The translations under genes and the position numbers were made by a program. Below, in pieces: positions 55,854 to 64,000 of a stretch of DNA of 64,000 bases. Origin of the DNA: a virus (taxonomy: Duplodnaviria; Caudoviricetes); IMG/VR virus record IMGVR_UViG_3300024346_000005; one strand, given 5' to 3'. The notes below the pieces were generated by a model, which worked only from the letters and a program-made list of their open reading frames with translations, was not told the DNA's origin and ran no database searches. The stretch's first letter is position 1; the number at the start of each line of letters is the position of its first letter.

Positions 55854-56600
55854 ATGTATTACTACACTTACGCATATTTGCGTGAAGATAAGACACCTTA
55901 TTATGTTGGTAAAGGAACTGGAGGAAGAATTTATTCCACCAATAGAAAAGGACTAAAACCACCAAAAGATAAATCAAGAATAATATTCCTAAAACAAAAC
56001 CTATCAGAACAAGAAGCATTCAGGCACGAAATTTATATGATTGCTATCTTCGGAAGAAAGGATTTAGGAACTGGTATTCTTCATAATAGAACTAATGGTG
56101 GTGAAGGTGCTTCTGGCACTATTAAAAGTGAAGAAACCAGAAGAAAGATTGGTGAAGCAAAGAAAGGTAAAAATAATCCCCAATACGGTAAACGAGGTAA
56201 GAATTCTCATAATTATGGGAAATCTCCTTCTGAAGAAACCAGAAAAAAATTAAGTGAGAGGCAGAAAGGTGAAAAAAATCATAATTATGAAAAATCTCCT
56301 TCTGAAGAAACCAGAAAAAGAATGAGTGAGGCACAGAAAGGTGAAAATAATGCTATGTACGGTAAATCACGTTCAGAAGAAAGCAGAAGAAAACAGAGTG
56401 AAGCACTTAAAGGTAAATATAGTGGAGAAAAACACTATCTTTACGGCAAATCACCTTCAGAAGAAACTAAAAGAAAAATAGGTGAGGCAAATAAAGATAA
56501 AAAATGGTGGAACGATGGCAAAGGAAATACTAAATTTACTGAAGAATGTCCCGGAGAAAATTGGGTTCGTGGTCGTGGAAAAAAACTATGTGACACCTGA
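55854..56600 (+). CDS. GIY-YIG endonuclease with NUMOD3 repeats
   Basis: '[19 protein letters not shown]', 'GILHNRTNGGEG' and 'SEETR(R/K)K' repeats. Confidence 0.88.
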   Translation: MYYYTYAYLREDKTPYYVGKGTGGRIYSTNRKGLKPPKDKSRIIFLKQNLSEQEAFRHEIYMIAIFGRKDLGTGILHNRTNGGEGASGTIKSEETRRKIGEAKKGKNNPQYGKRGKNSHNYGKSPSEETRKKLSERQKGEKNHNYEKSPSEETRKRMSEAQKGENNAMYGKSRSEESRRKQSEALKGKYSGEKHYLYGKSPSEETKRKIGEANKDKKWWNDGKGNTKFTEECPGENWVRGRGKKLCDT

Positions 56601-56629
56601 CGAACTGGCACAAGGAGACTTGATTTTTA

Positions 56630-57010
56630 TTGAGATTTTGGTATAATATCTGTATTACAAGGAGAATGATGGACTTTCCCATATTTCTAAACAAACTTAT
56701 AATCGGCAACAAGTATCTTCGGCACACCAGTTTTTGGTATTGGTTTCGTCTTACTAACCATTCTAATTGGAGAATGGACGACCATCAAAGATACTGGGAC
56801 TTCTGGTATTCTATCAACTCTGGATGGTGTGATATGGAGTATGATTGGGAGTTTGAGAAGTTCTGGGGTAAAGGTGCCAAAGCAGAGCAGATTGTACTAC
56901 ACCGAGAAGATTATGATGCTATTGTAGAAATGTTGAATGAACCTCCAAATGCTGCTATAATGGAGAGGTTGAAAGAACTTATGAATCGTAAAGCACCTTG
57001 GGATGAGTAG
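56630..57010 (+). CDS. Hypothetical Trp-rich cyanophage protein
   Basis: ORF after a dyad promoter; true start is probably near 56666. Confidence 0.6.
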   Translation: MRFWYNICITRRMMDFPIFLNKLIIGNKYLRHTSFWYWFRLTNHSNWRMDDHQRYWDFWYSINSGWCDMEYDWEFEKFWGKGAKAEQIVLHREDYDAIVEMLNEPPNAAIMERLKELMNRKAPWDE

Positions 57011-57052
57011 TACCGAGTACTCATAAATAAGACAAAGAGATATTGAGAGAGA

Positions 57053-58327
57053 ATGGGAATTGAACTTGGAGCAAAAAACTTATATAAAGCATACGGAGTT
57101 CCTTCATTAGACCTAACTTTTGCTGATAAAAAAAGTTTGGTTGATAGAATTAGTGGAAATAATCTTATCACGTTCACCCGCGTCATGACCGGCGCCTCAG
57201 TTGCCACCTACGTCGGTGCCGATGGCCTGATCAAGACCGCTGGCAATAACGTCCCGCGCTTCGATCACAACCCAACGACGGGGGAAAGTCTTGGGATGTT
57301 GGTGGAGGAGGCGAGGACGAATTTGATTACTTACAGCCAAGCTTTTAACAACACCAACTATTCCATTGGATATGATGGCGGTGGATTTACGGAAAATGCA
57401 ACTGTTGCGCCAGATGGGACTTTAACGGCATCAAAATTGACAAGGAATACAGGCACTAGTGGCGCTTTCTGGGGTAAATACAATAGGCAATCCATTCCAG
57501 TTACCAATGGGACCGCTTACACTCTTAGCTGCTTTTTGAAAGCAGCAGAAATTACAACGGTTCAACTTTACGGTGATGTTCGGGACGGAGGTGGGTTAGG
57601 GTTTTCAGCAGCATTTACACTGACTGGAAGCGGAAGTTATGTATTGTCTAGCGGAACGTCTGCTCAAATTTCCTCCGCTGGCAATGGCTGGTATAGATGT
57701 TCGGTCACAGGGACATCCGCCTCCACCGATGATGAAGAACCTGCTTTATTGGTTTTTGGGACAGGAGCAAGCGGGGACGGATTTTTTGCTTGGGGGTTTC
57801 AACTAGAAGCGGGCTCCTTCCCCACCTCCTACATCCCCACCACTTCCGCCACCGTCACCCGCGCTGCTGATGTGGCGAGCATTACGGGGACTAACTTTTC
57901 AAGTTGGTATAACCAAAGCGAGGGCACTTTGTTTGCTCAAGCCAGTCTTAACTTTTCCTTGTCCACATCTTCTGTTTTTCCATCTATTTACGAAATAGGA
58001 GGATATCCAAATAGATTATGGATGCTGTATCTTAACGGAACAGTTAATCACCTTACCATTGGATCGGATACACATACTAGGAATCTTGGAACATTTACTT
58101 CGTCTCCGCAATCATTCAAGGTTGCTCAAGCCTTGTCAAATACATCTCTTACCTATAGTGCTAGTAAGGATGGAGCAGCGCCACTAACTGGATCATTATT
58201 CAACGCAGTTACAGGGTTGTCTGCGATTTCCATTGGACCAAATGTGGGCGCCACCAAACACATCGCCCGCCTCACCTTCTACCCCGTCCGCCTGCCCGAT
58301 GCCACTCTCCAATCCCTCACTCAATAA
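57053..58327 (+). CDS. Fibre/spike-like structural protein with carbohydrate-binding-like modules
   Basis: 'FTR...ATYVGADG...N.PRFDH....GMLVEEARTNL', 'GNGWYRCSVT' and 'PTSYIPT....TRAADV'; TAAATA upstream. Confidence 0.7.
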   Translation: MGIELGAKNLYKAYGVPSLDLTFADKKSLVDRISGNNLITFTRVMTGASVATYVGADGLIKTAGNNVPRFDHNPTTGESLGMLVEEARTNLITYSQAFNNTNYSIGYDGGGFTENATVAPDGTLTASKLTRNTGTSGAFWGKYNRQSIPVTNGTAYTLSCFLKAAEITTVQLYGDVRDGGGLGFSAAFTLTGSGSYVLSSGTSAQISSAGNGWYRCSVTGTSASTDDEEPALLVFGTGASGDGFFAWGFQLEAGSFPTSYIPTTSATVTRAADVASITGTNFSSWYNQSEGTLFAQASLNFSLSTSSVFPSIYEIGGYPNRLWMLYLNGTVNHLTIGSDTHTRNLGTFTSSPQSFKVAQALSNTSLTYSASKDGAAPLTGSLFNAVTGLSAISIGPNVGATKHIARLTFYPVRLPDATLQSLTQ

Positions 58328-58332
58328 TCACA

Positions 58333-58623
58333 ATGACTAATTACCTCCGCTTCCCCGACGAAGACACCTTCAAATACGCATCCATAACTGCTGGTCTCTA
58401 TAAAGAACCAGAGGGCAGTTACATTCAGTATACTCACGAACATGCTATGGATATTGTAGGAACCATCTACAATAATGATGCTGTGCTTGACCCTGAAACA
58501 TTTGAACTCATCACTCCTGCTACTCAAATGGAAGGATGGCACATCAACTACATCGGTGAGTTACCTGATGGATGGGACCAGTATCTGGTAAGTCCTACTG
58601 CCCCTTATCGGGTATTTGCTTAA
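58333..58623 (+). CDS. Small partner protein of the fibre gene (possible chaperone/assembly factor)
   Basis: Starts 5 bp after the fibre gene and shares its GC-rich composition. Confidence 0.5.
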   Translation: MTNYLRFPDEDTFKYASITAGLYKEPEGSYIQYTHEHAMDIVGTIYNNDAVLDPETFELITPATQMEGWHINYIGELPDGWDQYLVSPTAPYRVFA

Positions 58624-58691
58624 TCATAGGTTAATTTGACTTCTGCCTCATAATACTCTATAATAGTCATAAGTTCTCTCATTTTGTTTTT

Positions 58692-59324
58692 ATGAAATCC
58701 AATGATTATTACAGAGCAGTGCTACTTGGTGTTATAGTTGGTATGGGATTACTTTCTCTGCTTATGGTGATAAATCCGGGAGAGGATGTAAAACCATCAC
58801 CACCAGACCAAAAGTTTGAGGTGGTGGATACTTATAAAGGATGTGAGGTTGTGAAATATACTGATAGTTCTATGGCAACTTATAAGTATTTCTTAGATTG
58901 TAGTAACAAATGAATAAAGATTTTGAGACTTGGTTTAATGATAATATGACACCATATACATTTCGGAGTGAATGCTTCTATGGTGATGTAGAAATTGATG
59001 ATAAGGAACTGAGAAAGGATATGATGTACAAATGGTTACTTGCTGCTTATGAAGAGGGATGTAAGGTTGATGGTAAGGTAGAACATTATATCTGTGCCGA
59101 CTCTTATACCGAATATAAGAAAACTGTAATTACATATGATGTTAAATCCAAAGGATAATATAATCCAAGCCCGTCTTTATTCACCTCATAAGTGTGAATA
59201 TGTTTGTGAAAGAGAGGATGGAACTCATTATGTGTATAGAAGATTAGGTAAGGAAGAGTATTATGAATTACATCCAAATCCAACAGGAGAAACTAAGTGG
59301 GTATGGGGATGTAAGATTAAATGA
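58692..59324 (+). other. Hypothetical ORFs (58692-58913, 58910-59158 and a short ORF ending at 59324)
   Basis: Short ORFs after TTGACT-17-TATAAT at about 58637-58665. Confidence 0.6.
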
Positions 59325-59336
59325 AATCCTATTTTA

Positions 59337-59882
59337 TTAATCCCAATTAGTTGCATTTGGTAAACGATTCATTACCTTACGAAGACCATACTGAGATATG
59401 TACTGCTCTAATGCACCCTCAAAAATACTATTCATAAAAGAATGCCCGTCTGGTACTGGTAATCCCTTACGAATAGATGCGACATGAACTTCTTTAGTCT
59501 TCATAAGTAAGTGATCGTTTAGTGTAAAACCTTTAATATCTTTATTGTATTTTTTATTTCTTTTAGATTCTATCCATTCTAAGTTTTCAATTCTGTTATC
59601 TTGTTGGTTTCTATTTAAGTGATTTACTTCTAATGAGAAATTATCGCAGGGTATAAATGCCATTGCCACTAAACGATGAACGAATAAGTTTTTTAATCTA
59701 CCATTATTACCTGTTAGTCTAACGAACAAATATCCACCTCTCTTCTTAGCCCATCCGGGACTTAATCTCTTTATTTTTTTAGTCTTCCAACTATACACAT
59801 TACCATCTGCATCTACGCCGTAATCATTGTATTCTTCAAGTCCGAGTATTTCATTTAATCCTTTTATCTTGGGTATATCCAT
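59337..59882 (-). CDS. NUMOD4-HNH homing endonuclease
   Basis: 'DYGVDADGNVYS', 'FVHRLVAMAFIP...EVNHLNRNQQDNRIENLEW'. Confidence 0.88.
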   Translation of the reverse strand: MDIPKIKGLNEILGLEEYNDYGVDADGNVYSWKTKKIKRLSPGWAKKRGGYLFVRLTGNNGRLKNLFVHRLVAMAFIPCDNFSLEVNHLNRNQQDNRIENLEWIESKRNKKYNKDIKGFTLNDHLLMKTKEVHVASIRKGLPVPDGHSFMNSIFEGALEQYISQYGLRKVMNRLPNATNWD

Positions 59883-60070
59883 GGGGTTTTTTGGTTAGTT
59901 TTTTCTACCAAAAATATTTAGTAGAAAAAAGTAATTTGTTTTGTACTTATAATAGATTAAATATGATTGTATACTTGGTTAATTTCTCATTAATGATGTA
60001 TTATTGAGAATAAATGTGTTAGAATACTTATGAATGCTTATAAATGAAACATCCTTATGCAAGTAAAGCG

Positions 60071-60099
60071 AGCATACCATAAGACTCACCGTTTGTCAA
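60071..60099 (-). promoter_or_regulatory. Divergent sigma70 promoter
   Basis: Minus-strand TTGACA-17-TATGCT. Confidence 0.55.
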
Positions 60100-60138
60100 G
60101 CCCCACTGCCCCCATAATACTATGAGACCCACACAAAA

Positions 60139-60387
60139 TCTCGACGAGACCTTGACAAATCTCATAATCTAGTCTAGAATACTCATAAGCACACAAAATC
60201 TAGTCGAGAACACATATATACTATCACAATCTCGTCTAGAATACACTTGCATCTAGTCGAGATCTGTGCTACAATCATCTAGTATACACACAATCTCGAC
60301 GAGTATTATGTACGACGACTACGATCTCGACTATACATACACAAACGACCACACAGATCTCGACGAGTATTATACATCTAGTCTAGA
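60139..60387. repeat. Array of nine 11-bp degenerate palindromes TCTMGWCKAGA
   Basis: Copies at 60139, 60168, 60199, 60230, 60252, 60294, 60325, 60358 and 60377, plus a half-site at 60278. Confidence 0.9.
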
Positions 60388-60460
60388 CCTAGATGAGGAT
60401 TATGCACGAGATTCACATGATTACGAATCACTTGCATATCGTCACTATGCATGATATAAT
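60152..60460 (+). promoter_or_regulatory. Three tandem sigma70 promoters; the first two overlap the palindromes
   Basis: TTGACA-17-TAGAAT (60152-60180), TTGCAT-17-TACAAT (60247-60275) and TTGCAT-17-TATAAT (60432-60460). Confidence 0.7.
60308..60454 (+). CDS. Small Asp/Tyr-rich hypothetical protein
   Basis: MYDDYDLDYTY...; overlaps the palindrome array. Confidence 0.5.
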   Translation: MYDDYDLDYTYTNDHTDLDEYYTSSLDLDEDYARDSHDYESLAYRHYA

Positions 60461-60687
60461 CTAGATACACACACATACACAACGAGACTCCTATGATTGC
60501 CCAGAAGCGCCTTGTACGGGTTACATTAGACATTATGTGTTATGATGACCTAGACCTAGAAACAACCGACTGGAAGGACCTTCTAGACCTCGAAGGTGAC
60601 GAAGATGTCTATGCTAGCATAAGGGAACTCGAACCGTGGATGTAATGTGCCACTTCATTAATTGGCACAAACTTATATAAATAAAAT

Positions 60688-60912
60688 CACTTGAGTTCTT
60701 ATATCATAGAGCAGCACTTGAACTCTCCTGCGGGATACAGAGTCAATCTGACAGAATATAAGAAACCAAGTGAACCTTAAATATCATCTAGGCGGACAGG
60801 GTTTAACTATAGGTTTCCCACGGCGCCGAATATAGCGAACAATCCAATATTACCGAACTGAATATAGTTATCTCGTGTTCTTGAAACGTATCAAGAATAG
60901 GAGGATTTTTTA
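60688..60912 (+). ncRNA. Candidate structured non-coding RNA
   Basis: TATAAATA at 60676-60683, a long stem TCACTTG..TTCTTATAT/ATATAAGAA..CAAGTGA enclosing three hairpins, more hairpins, a terminal stem plus T-run, and no long ORF. Confidence 0.6.
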
Positions 60913-61039
60913 GTATCTGGATATAATGATGTGACAATTCTCGAACTGGCACAGAACCCCTTGTGGAATGCCGGGTGAGGGGTTATTCTACATTCGTGGT
61001 TGAGGAATTCTCTACATTCTCCTCGTCACCCCAAATATT

Positions 61040-62670
61040 ATGAAACTCTTCGTCGCTAAGTTCTACCAAACTCTGATTCTAAATGTTGCTACCATCGCCG
61101 CAATCGTTGTTGGAATTGTACAATTTGGCATTCGTGCTTATAAAGAAAACAACGGCGCAGAAAAGACCCGCAAGGTGATTCAAACCGTGCTGCGGTTCGT
61201 TGATACTATTGTGGGGCAATTGCAGGCATTCGTTGATACTGATGTGCCAGTTGTAAAGGTGGCACCGAAAACTACCAAACGCCGCTGATTGGTGGTATTC
61301 TACTTTCATACCTGAGGAATTCATGAAACAAACTCATCGGTTCGTTACATTTAAAGAGGCACTTGTGTTTCTAATGAATGAGTTGCAATTGAGTAATCAG
61401 GAGGCAACACATTTCATTTGGGACAATCAGTTTACTATGGGAACTGATCGGGCAATTTGGATTACTATGCCAATCTGAGAACTGTCACAAGGGGGGTTGC
61501 GGTTCCCCCCAAAACCTGATATTCTACTTTCATACCTGAGAAATTCAATGGTTTTCGTCATCTCCGAACTCAACGGTTGCACTTACAAACTGGACGCAAA
61601 CAATCAGCGGGTCCTAATGTATGCTCCGCTGCTATCTGATGGTTCATATGAAACTGCAGGGTCGGCATATGATTGGGTAGAGTGGGACCGTTTAGACCCT
61701 GATGTTCTAGAAGAAGCAGACCGTATTCACAAACTGTTGCTCGCAGAGGTGTAATTATGAACTACGATAATTTCTGGAAGAACGTATTAGGGCAGGAAGA
61801 TTGGGTTAATGAACTAGTCAAATGGGAGAATGCTCATCCAGAGTATACACCCTTTCAAGAAGATAAAGACTCTCAACGCCAACAAAACACCAAACAAATC
61901 TAGATGACAACTTTTCTCACCAAAGCACAACGCCAAATCTTGATTGATTGGTATATTGACTGCCTGATTGATACTGAGTCTGAGTTTGTTGATGGTAGTG
62001 AAGAAGCAGAGCGTCAAAGTTTGGCATCGATGAATAACTCTTACTTCTATGAGTACGTTCAGGAGATGATGCCTAACTGTATGGAAGACCTTGCGAAAAT
62101 GAAACAGGATATGACAGTCTGACTAGTGGCACAAGGGGGGTTGCGGTTCCCCCCAAAACCTGTTATTCTACATTCATACCAAACAAATCCAAATGAAAAT
62201 TATCTGCTCCAAACCTAATGCTAAGGGTGGATATCACGATGTTGGTATGACTCACCGTAGGTTGACTGGTGATTATTCAACCGTACGTAACTTCATTCGT
62301 TATGGTGTACCTAGTGACTTCTATGGTAACACTCTGCGGTTGGAAGTCTTCTACGGTGAGAATATCTATCGGGCACCAGATAAAGTGTTGTATGTGACAG
62401 TCTAGAAAGTGTCACAAGGGGGGTTGCGGTTCCCCCCAAAACCTGTTATTCTACATTCGTACTCAAGCAATTCACCAAATGACATTCGACCGAGCACAAC
62501 TAGTTGAAGATTACATTCAACAACTTATTGAGGGTATGGATTATAAAACTATGGAGTGTCTGGTTTATGATACTCTGAAGGATAATCTCTCGGATTATAC
62601 TGATGAGCAACTCATCACAGAGGTTACAGAATACAATCCAGAACTGTTGGAGGATGTGCCAGTGGCATAA
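61040..62670 (+). other. Single-gene early cassettes (61040-61288, ~61548-61754, 61904-62122, 62193-62405, 62479-62670)
   Basis: Most ORFs are directly preceded by their own dyad plus TATTCT promoter. Confidence 0.7.
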
Positions 62671-62740
62671 GTGGCACAAGACCCCTAGACTTCCTGCCTC
62701 AATCCTGTTATTCTACATTCATACTCAAGCAATTCACCAA

Positions 62741-63163
62741 ATGACTATCACGATGACTGCCAACTACAAAGAAGTTCTGAAACTGGAAACTGTTGAGTTC
62801 ATTGAAGAGAACTGTGTTGAAGGTGAGTATGATTTAGATGATGCTCTCAAGTTCATTGATGAGCACAATGAGGATGACTTCGTGGCATATTATGATGAGT
62901 ATGTTCGTGTTGGTGAGATTCTGGGTTATGATGTAGTTGATGCCTTTATTGAATATCACGGTGGTGTTTCGTATGTTGAGCACGTAGAAGAAGCATACCG
63001 TGGAGTGTATAGTTCCGAAGCAGACTTTACCGAAGACTTCTATAACGAAGTCTATGGTGATGTTCCCTCTATGTTGGTTGTAGATTGGGAGGCAACTTGG
63101 CAGCAGAATCTATCATATGACTTTGACTTCGTGAATGGTTATGTGTTTAGTTCTTCGTTCTAA
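62741..63163 (+). CDS. ArdA-like antirestriction (DNA-mimic) protein
   Basis: Highly acidic; C-terminus 'YRGVYSSEADFTEDFY...LVVDWEATWQQNLSYDFDFVNGYVF' resembles the ArdA family. Confidence 0.65.
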   Translation: MTITMTANYKEVLKLETVEFIEENCVEGEYDLDDALKFIDEHNEDDFVAYYDEYVRVGEILGYDVVDAFIEYHGGVSYVEHVEEAYRGVYSSEADFTEDFYNEVYGDVPSMLVVDWEATWQQNLSYDFDFVNGYVFSSSF

Positions 63164-63607
63164 AGTATTCAACTCAACTCTAAATCCTTTACATTCTTTT
63201 CCTGTTCCTACGATAAGGTACATTCTCGATTTTGATACATTATGTTCTTTCGAAAACTTATGCAAATTGTCAGTTTCTGCATAACACCTTCCATCCTTGA
63301 ATATCTTATAGATAATTCCTAAATTACCTTTTGCGTGATGATTATTGTATGTCTCATTACACCACTCCAAGTTTGAAATGTTATTATTTGTTTTGTCCTT
63401 ATCAATATGATTAACTTGAGGCAAATTATCTGGATTTGGAATAAAGGTTTCTGCAACTAATCTATGAACTAACCTACTCATCCCATTAACTTTCATTTTT
63501 AAATAACCTTTAGGACAAACATATGATTTTAAATAGTTTCCTTTTTTTCCTATCACTTTTCCATCTTTTGTGATATAATAACCTTTATGTACCGGATGCT
63601 CTAACAT
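63113..63607 (-). CDS. NUMOD4-HNH homing endonuclease
   Basis: 'YYITKDGKV', 'VHRLVAETFIPNPDNLPQVNHIDKDKTNNNISNLEWC'. Confidence 0.9.
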   Translation of the reverse strand: MLEHPVHKGYYITKDGKVIGKKGNYLKSYVCPKGYLKMKVNGMSRLVHRLVAETFIPNPDNLPQVNHIDKDKTNNNISNLEWCNETYNNHHAKGNLGIIYKIFKDGRCYAETDNLHKFSKEHNVSKSRMYLIVGTGKECKGFRVELNTLERRTKHITIHEVKVI

Positions 63608-63715
63608 TTTATTTTAATCATTTTATATTATTTAGGGGAATGATGTTTGCCCCTGCTATTAAGCAAAAGTTACTCCTGTGGTGATATTATATCAATAGGG
63701 TTATGGGTGTTGTAT

Positions 63716-63750
63716 GTGAGGAGGGTGTGGTGACCTTCCTCATTTTTTTT
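63716..63750. terminator. Intrinsic terminator
   Basis: TGAGGAGGGT/ACCTTCCTCA stem followed by a T-run. Confidence 0.55.
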
Positions 63751-63864
63751 ATATAATCCTAGTTTTGTCAAGGTCTCCTATGCCAGTTCGTAGAGTGTCA
63801 CAGACCCCCTTGTGAGACCCCACAAACCCTGTTATATTACATTCGTACCTGAGACACCCACCAA

Positions 63865-63993
63865 ATGTTTGACGAACTCTGGAGTGAGATTGCTGATGCT
63901 CCCGGTGAGATATTTGACCTGCCCGAACTTCGTGAACTTGATGAAGAAAAGTTCAATCTAAATGACTACCTCAACTCTAACATTGATTACTGA
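63865..63993 (+). CDS. Small acidic early protein
   Basis: MFDELWSEIADAPGEIFDL...; follows the dyad promoter at 63780. Confidence 0.6.
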   Translation: MFDELWSEIADAPGEIFDLPELRELDEEKFNLNDYLNSNIDY

Positions 63994-64000
63994 AATGACT

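Larger units (their letters stand above)
17689..63838 (+). repeat. Dispersed early-promoter element family (~26 copies): 22-bp dyad GTGNCA-N10-TGNCAC, GC-rich spacer, -10 box 29-31 bp downstream
   Basis: Dyad starts at about 17689, 19024, 19704, 20867, 22152, 28280, 29807, 31939, 32828, 40304, 42437, 45966, 49557, 52482, 52914 (deleted form), 53472, 54686, 56590, 60647 (no -10 box at that spacing), 60931, 61244, 61467, 62111, 62394, 62656 and 63780. Confidence 0.85.

Noticed and set aside
300-56727. Numerous minus-strand ORFs in the ORF track
   Set aside because: They are antisense shadows of + strand genes with no recognisable motifs; only the two HNH genes are accepted.
57053-58327. Diversity-generating retroelement target
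   Set aside because: No reverse transcriptase and no template/variable repeat pair differing at adenines was seen in the window.
60139-60387. CRISPR or TIGR-type guide array interpretation of the palindrome cluster
   Set aside because: Repeats are only 11 bp with irregular 8-31 bp gaps, and no Cas or Nop-domain gene is nearby. A protein-binding-site array fits better.

Overview
This is a 64 kb, AT-rich fragment of a T4-like cyanomyovirus (Kyanoviridae-like). The cyanophage assignment rests on a phage-type CP12, T4 late promoters (TATAAATA) and cyanophage-style baseplate and fibre genes. Almost all genes are on the + strand. 1-17 kb is a tail/baseplate module with two tRNAs. 17.7-64 kb is a hypervariable early region of well over 100 short ORFs, organised as cassettes behind about 26 copies of a repeated promoter element (22-bp dyad GTGNCA-N10-TGNCAC, 29-31 bp upstream of a -10 box). 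It carries an SF2 helicase, a metallophosphoesterase, Dam, a PD-(D/E)XK nuclease plus N4/N6 methylase pair, an ArdA-like protein, a pentapeptide protein and 8 free-standing endonucleases (5 GIY-YIG/NUMOD3, 3 HNH). Three signals are not explained by the gene annotation. (1) Four GIY-YIG genes share an upstream 'late promoter - antisense arm - terminator - late promoter - complementary leader' cassette whose arms covary, plus one orphan copy. (2) An array of an 11-bp degenerate palindrome, TCTMGWCKAGA, lies on one helical face, overlapping sigma70 promoters beside an AT-rich tract at about 60.1-60.4 kb. (3) A roughly 225-nt structured non-coding RNA candidate lies at 60.7-60.9 kb. All annotation is by eye from motifs; no database searches were run.
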